Source: Polyangiaceae bacterium
Lineage (GTDB): Bacteria; Myxococcota_A; Polyangia; Polyangiales; Polyangiaceae
Direction of reading: 5' to 3'
DNA: 64,000 nucleotides
NCBI GenBank assembly: GCA_044376115.1
Contig: JBILLK010000010.1
Location: forward strand, 128,001-192,000
Shown here: positions 60,248-64,000 of the stretch, in pieces
Position numbering within the stretch: the stretch's first letter is position 1
How the letters are laid out: each line of letters begins with the position of its first letter
Notes under the pieces: model-generated
The model's database searches: none
Told to the model about the DNA's origin: nothing
The model's input: the letters and a program-made list of their open reading frames with translations, nothing else
Program-made: the position numbers and the translations under genes

Positions 60248-62560
60248 ATGGCTGGCCGCAAGCTCAAGACCGAAGAATGCCGTAAGCAGCTCGACGAGAG
60301 CCTGCTCAACTTCGAAACGACGATGGACGTCACGCCCTCGACTGGCGTGGTCGCTCAAGATCGCGCGCTCGAGGCGCTCGAGTTCGGCTTGGAGATACGC
60401 CAACCGCGCTTTCACGTCGTCGTCGTCGGTAACTCGGGCGCTGGCCGCACCTTCAGCGTACGCGCCACGGCCGAGCGAATCGCGCAGACGCGAGAGACTC
60501 CCGATGACCTGCTGCTGCTACCCAACCCGGATCGGCCGAGCGAGCCGAAGGCGCTGTTTCTACCTGCGTCGCAGGGCAAAGAGTGCGTTGAAACCTTGAA
60601 CGCGCTGTACCTGAAGCTGGTGGAGTCGGTGCACTCAGCTACCGAGGGCGAGCGCTTCAAGCAGGCGCAAACACGCGTCGCCCGGCGTACCCGCCGTGAA
60701 GAGACGCGGCTCGAGGCGGAGCTCGCCGAGCTCGTCGGCTCTCACGGCTTCAGCGTCGAACGCACCGGAGATGACATCGAGCTGCGGCGTGCGGAAGCCG
60801 AAGAGACGCCCAGCGATGAAACCCTGGAGGCGGTGAAGAGCGCGGTGGAGGACTTCGAGTCGAAGCTCACCGACCTGCACGAGGAGGCTGAGTCCGAGCT
60901 ACGCGGCGGGATCAAAGCCTTTCTTTCGGACGCGGTAAAAGGCCATTTCGCGCCGGTCGCCGCCAAATACGAGACCACGGGAGAGCTCGCAAGCTTCATC
61001 ACGCGTTTGGAAGCAGCGGTGATCGCGCGGCTCCACCAATCGCTCGACGAACCCGGCGGTGAGGAGCCTGTCGGCCTGTCACGTGGCGTGGTCGTGCCCA
61101 CGTTGCTCACCGAACACACCCCCGGTAGCGGAGCCCCCGTCGTCGAGGTGACGCACCCGACCTTGGCCGCGTTGTTCGGGCGCAGTCACTCCCCGCCCGA
61201 TGCAGCATTTCCGCCCGAGCCAGGCTTCGCAGTTGGTGGCGCGTTGCATGAAGCCAACGGCGGCTTTCTGATTCTGCCGGCCAACGCCCTGCTCAAGAAC
61301 GAGACGCTGTACGAGCATCTGAAGGCCTGCTTGCTCTCCGGGAAGTTCATCGTGCCGGATCAGAACCCCTCGTACTACCGCGGGGCAGCGGAGGAGCTCT
61401 TGTTCCCGACCTTCCCGATCGACGTCAAAGTCATCTTGGTGGCCGGGCCAAGCTTGTTCCAAGAACTGCACGCCGCTGACCCTGAGTTTTCGCAGTTGTT
61501 CAAGGTGCAAGCGCGCTTCGAACCCACCTTGGCCTTCGATGAAGCGCCTCGCGCGTACCCACCGTTCCTCGCTGGGCTGATTCAACAACGCAGGCTGCTA
61601 CCGCTGTCTCGCGGAGCCGTGCGCGAGTTGATCTTTCACGGCGGACGGCTCGCGGAGAGCCAGTCCAAAGTCACCAGCTGCTTGGGCTTGATCGCCGAGG
61701 TGGCCACGGAGGCCTCCTACCTCGCGGTGCGGCGCAAGGCGACGACGGTGAGCGCGGAAGACGTCGTGTCGGCGATCGACGGCGCCAAGCGTCGCGGCAG
61801 TCAGTTCCGCGACGCCCTTCACGAGCTGCTCACCAACGGCACCATTCGCATCGAGACGCGCGGCTCGATCGTCGGTCAGGTGAACGCCATCAGCGTGCTC
61901 TCCGACGGTCCCATCGCCTTCGGCCGCCCCTGCCGCGTAACCGCGGTGGTTTACCCCGGTCACGAAGGGCCGATGAACATCGCGCGCGAGGTGGAGATGA
62001 GCGGTCCGATTCACGCCAAAGGCGTACTCGTGCTCAACGGCTTCTTGGCCGCACGCTTCGCCCAACGCAGGCCACTGTCCTTCAGCGCCTCGCTCGTGTT
62101 CGAACAGACCTACGAGGCGATCGATGGGGACAGCGCCTCCTCGAGTGAGCTTTACGCCCTTTTGTCCGCGCTCTCGGGGCTGCCGCTGCGACAAGACCTC
62201 GCCGTCACCGGCAGCGTCGATCAAGGCGGCAGTATCCAGCCTGTCGGCGGCCTCAACGAGAAGATCGAGGCCTTCTTCGATGTGTGTCAAGCCAAGGGTG
62301 GTCTCACCGGGACGCAGGGCGTACTCATCCCAGCCAACAACGTGGACGCGTTGATGCTGCGCTCGGACGTCGTGCAAGCGATCTCCGAGGAGATGTTCCA
62401 CATCTACGCGATCCAGTCGGTCGAACAGGGCATCGAGCTTTTGACCGGGGTGCCCGCCGGCGAGCCGATCAACCCTGCGCCCAACACAGTCTTTGCCCAC
62501 GTCGAAGCGACACTGGCCCGCTTCCACGAGACGCTGCTACCGCGGCGCAATCCCAGCTAA
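60248..62560 (+). CDS. Lon-like protease, LonC type
   Basis: QDRALEAL.FG, GALHEANGG, GQVNAISV, SGPIHAKG, catalytic DGDSASS and GGLNEK dyad. Confidence 0.9.
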   Translation: MAGRKLKTEECRKQLDESLLNFETTMDVTPSTGVVAQDRALEALEFGLEIRQPRFHVVVVGNSGAGRTFSVRATAERIAQTRETPDDLLLLPNPDRPSEPKALFLPASQGKECVETLNALYLKLVESVHSATEGERFKQAQTRVARRTRREETRLEAELAELVGSHGFSVERTGDDIELRRAEAEETPSDETLEAVKSAVEDFESKLTDLHEEAESELRGGIKAFLSDAVKGHFAPVAAKYETTGELASFITRLEAAVIARLHQSLDEPGGEEPVGLSRGVVVPTLLTEHTPGSGAPVVEVTHPTLAALFGRSHSPPDAAFPPEPGFAVGGALHEANGGFLILPANALLKNETLYEHLKACLLSGKFIVPDQNPSYYRGAAEELLFPTFPIDVKVILVAGPSLFQELHAADPEFSQLFKVQARFEPTLAFDEAPRAYPPFLAGLIQQRRLLPLSRGAVRELIFHGGRLAESQSKVTSCLGLIAEVATEASYLAVRRKATTVSAEDVVSAIDGAKRRGSQFRDALHELLTNGTIRIETRGSIVGQVNAISVLSDGPIAFGRPCRVTAVVYPGHEGPMNIAREVEMSGPIHAKGVLVLNGFLAARFAQRRPLSFSASLVFEQTYEAIDGDSASSSELYALLSALSGLPLRQDLAVTGSVDQGGSIQPVGGLNEKIEAFFDVCQAKGGLTGTQGVLIPANNVDALMLRSDVVQAISEEMFHIYAIQSVEQGIELLTGVPAGEPINPAPNTVFAHVEATLARFHETLLPRRNPS

Positions 62561-62575
62561 GGGACGCGATTCGCT

Positions 62576-63838
62576 GTGCTCGCCCGCCGGCTCACGTTGC
62601 TCGACGTCTTGGCCATTGGCGTCAACGCCATCGTTGGCTCTGGCGTCTTCAGCATGCCCGACGATATGGCCCGAGCGATGGGCGCTTGGTCGCCGCTGGC
62701 CTACGTCGGCTGCGCCCTCGTACTCATCCCGGTGTCGCTCTGCTTCGCCGAGTTGGCGAGCTCCCACAATCAAACAGGCGGTCCTTACCTCTACGCGCGA
62801 GCGGCCTTCGGCAGGAACATCGGCTTCGTAGTTGGCTGGGCCTGCTTTCTCAACGCCTTCCTGAGCTTCGCAGCCAACGTTACGCAGTTCGTCGCGCTGG
62901 CTGGCTTGGCCAACCATGCGCTCTATCGCGTGGTGGTCGTGGCGGTCATCCTGCTGCTCGGGGGAATCAACTACATCGGCGTGAAGCCGGGAGCAGCCGT
63001 CGTCAACCTGATGACCATCGGCAAGCTGAGCGCGATCGTCTTGTTCGTGGTCGCAGCGGTGAGTCACTTCGACGCGAGCAACCTTCAGGGCCACGTCGAG
63101 CTCGGCGTCGCTGGCACAGCCAACGGCATCTACCTCGCGTTGTTTCCGCTCCAAGGGTTCGAGGTTGTGCCCGTCCCCGCGGGGGAAACCAAGAATCCCG
63201 AGCGCGCCATTCCACTCGCTACCGTCGGCTCGCTGCTTTTTGCGTCGCTCTTGTTCGTGGTCGTTCAAGGGGTGATGGTTGGTGCCTACGCGAAGATCAG
63301 CACCGAGTCGGATACGCCTTTGGTGGACGCGGCTCGCTCGTTCGGCCCACTCATCGGCGGCCTCGTTCTGCTCGGGAGCATCGTCAGCGTCGGTGGTTTT
63401 TCGGCGGGGAGCGCACTCGGTAGCCCACGCTACGCGCAAGCGCTGGCCGAGGGCGGAGATCTGCCCCATGCGCTGCGAGCGGTGCATCCTCGTTTTGGTA
63501 CGCCGCACCTCGCCATTCTGGGCACCACCCTGCTCACAGCCGTGCTCGGCGCGTTCTTTACCTACCGCGAGCTGGTGGGCTTCTCCAACGTGACGGTGGT
63601 CGTGCAGTACGCCCTCACTTGCCTCGCGGTCCCCATCCTGCGCAAAGCGGGTGCGCAATCGCGCTTTCGAGTGCCCTTCGGGCTGCTGATCCCGGTGCTC
63701 GGCACGGTGGGGTCGTTGACGTTCCTCTTGGGCTCCAACCGCGGGGAGTTGGTTTGGGCTGCCGTGGGCGTTGGAGCAGGCGTCATCATCACGGCGCTGG
63801 TCCGGCTTTCAGCATCCCCACCAGCATCTCGAGGGTAG
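62576..63838 (+). CDS. APC family amino acid permease
   Basis: IVGSGVF, FAELAS, GGPYLY, GFE...AGETKNP, about 12 TM helices. Confidence 0.92.
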   Translation: MLARRLTLLDVLAIGVNAIVGSGVFSMPDDMARAMGAWSPLAYVGCALVLIPVSLCFAELASSHNQTGGPYLYARAAFGRNIGFVVGWACFLNAFLSFAANVTQFVALAGLANHALYRVVVVAVILLLGGINYIGVKPGAAVVNLMTIGKLSAIVLFVVAAVSHFDASNLQGHVELGVAGTANGIYLALFPLQGFEVVPVPAGETKNPERAIPLATVGSLLFASLLFVVVQGVMVGAYAKISTESDTPLVDAARSFGPLIGGLVLLGSIVSVGGFSAGSALGSPRYAQALAEGGDLPHALRAVHPRFGTPHLAILGTTLLTAVLGAFFTYRELVGFSNVTVVVQYALTCLAVPILRKAGAQSRFRVPFGLLIPVLGTVGSLTFLLGSNRGELVWAAVGVGAGVIITALVRLSASPPASRG

Positions 63839-63901
63839 CTTCGCGCGGGCGACCATGGGAATGAGAGCCGCTCTGCTCTCTGCTCGCTAGGCCGACGAAC
63901 C

Positions 63902-64000
63902 GTGGACCTAATCTACTTTGCCCTGCTCTGCTCCGTGCTCATCTTCGTGCACGAGCTCGGCCATTTTGTGTGGGCCAAAATCTTCGGCGTGAAGGTGCTC
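63902..64000 (+). CDS. rseP: RIP metalloprotease RseP, 5' fragment truncated by the window edge
   Basis: Manual translation gives MDLIYFALLCSVLIFVHELGHFVWAKIFGVKV, with HExxH. Confidence 0.85.
   Translation, partial: MDLIYFALLCSVLIFVHELGHFVWAKIFGVKVL

Overview
GC-rich bacterial chromosomal segment. Gene content points to a myxobacterium, probably Polyangiaceae/Sorangiineae-like (inference from the Ser/Thr kinases, the many lipoproteins with Gly-rich tethers and the sigma54 promoters). About 55 CDS and two tRNAs (Lys-CTT, Arg-TCG). Housekeeping genes: kdpD (3' end), kdpE, ygfZ, secA, ybeY, ppdK, prfA, rpmE, a LonC-type protease and the start of rseP. No mobile element, CRISPR array or rRNA was seen. 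Main points of interest: (1) a TetR-linked two-gene operon with the architecture of PlsA/PlsR, the anaerobic plasmalogen/ether-lipid synthase; (2) a DUF4331-DUF4331-TPR-HupE/UreJ operon divergent from a sigma54-preceded Cys/His-repeat lipoprotein, a candidate extracytoplasmic metal-handling system; (3) a tightly coupled operon of DUF2252 kinase-like protein, PAP2 phosphatase, putative outer-membrane protein and an exported lipoprotein with kinase-like motifs; (4) a domain-inverted short photolyase; (5) two single-base lesions (a kdpD homopolymer frameshift and an in-frame TAG in an SDR gene). All family assignments come from reading motifs by eye; no database search was run.
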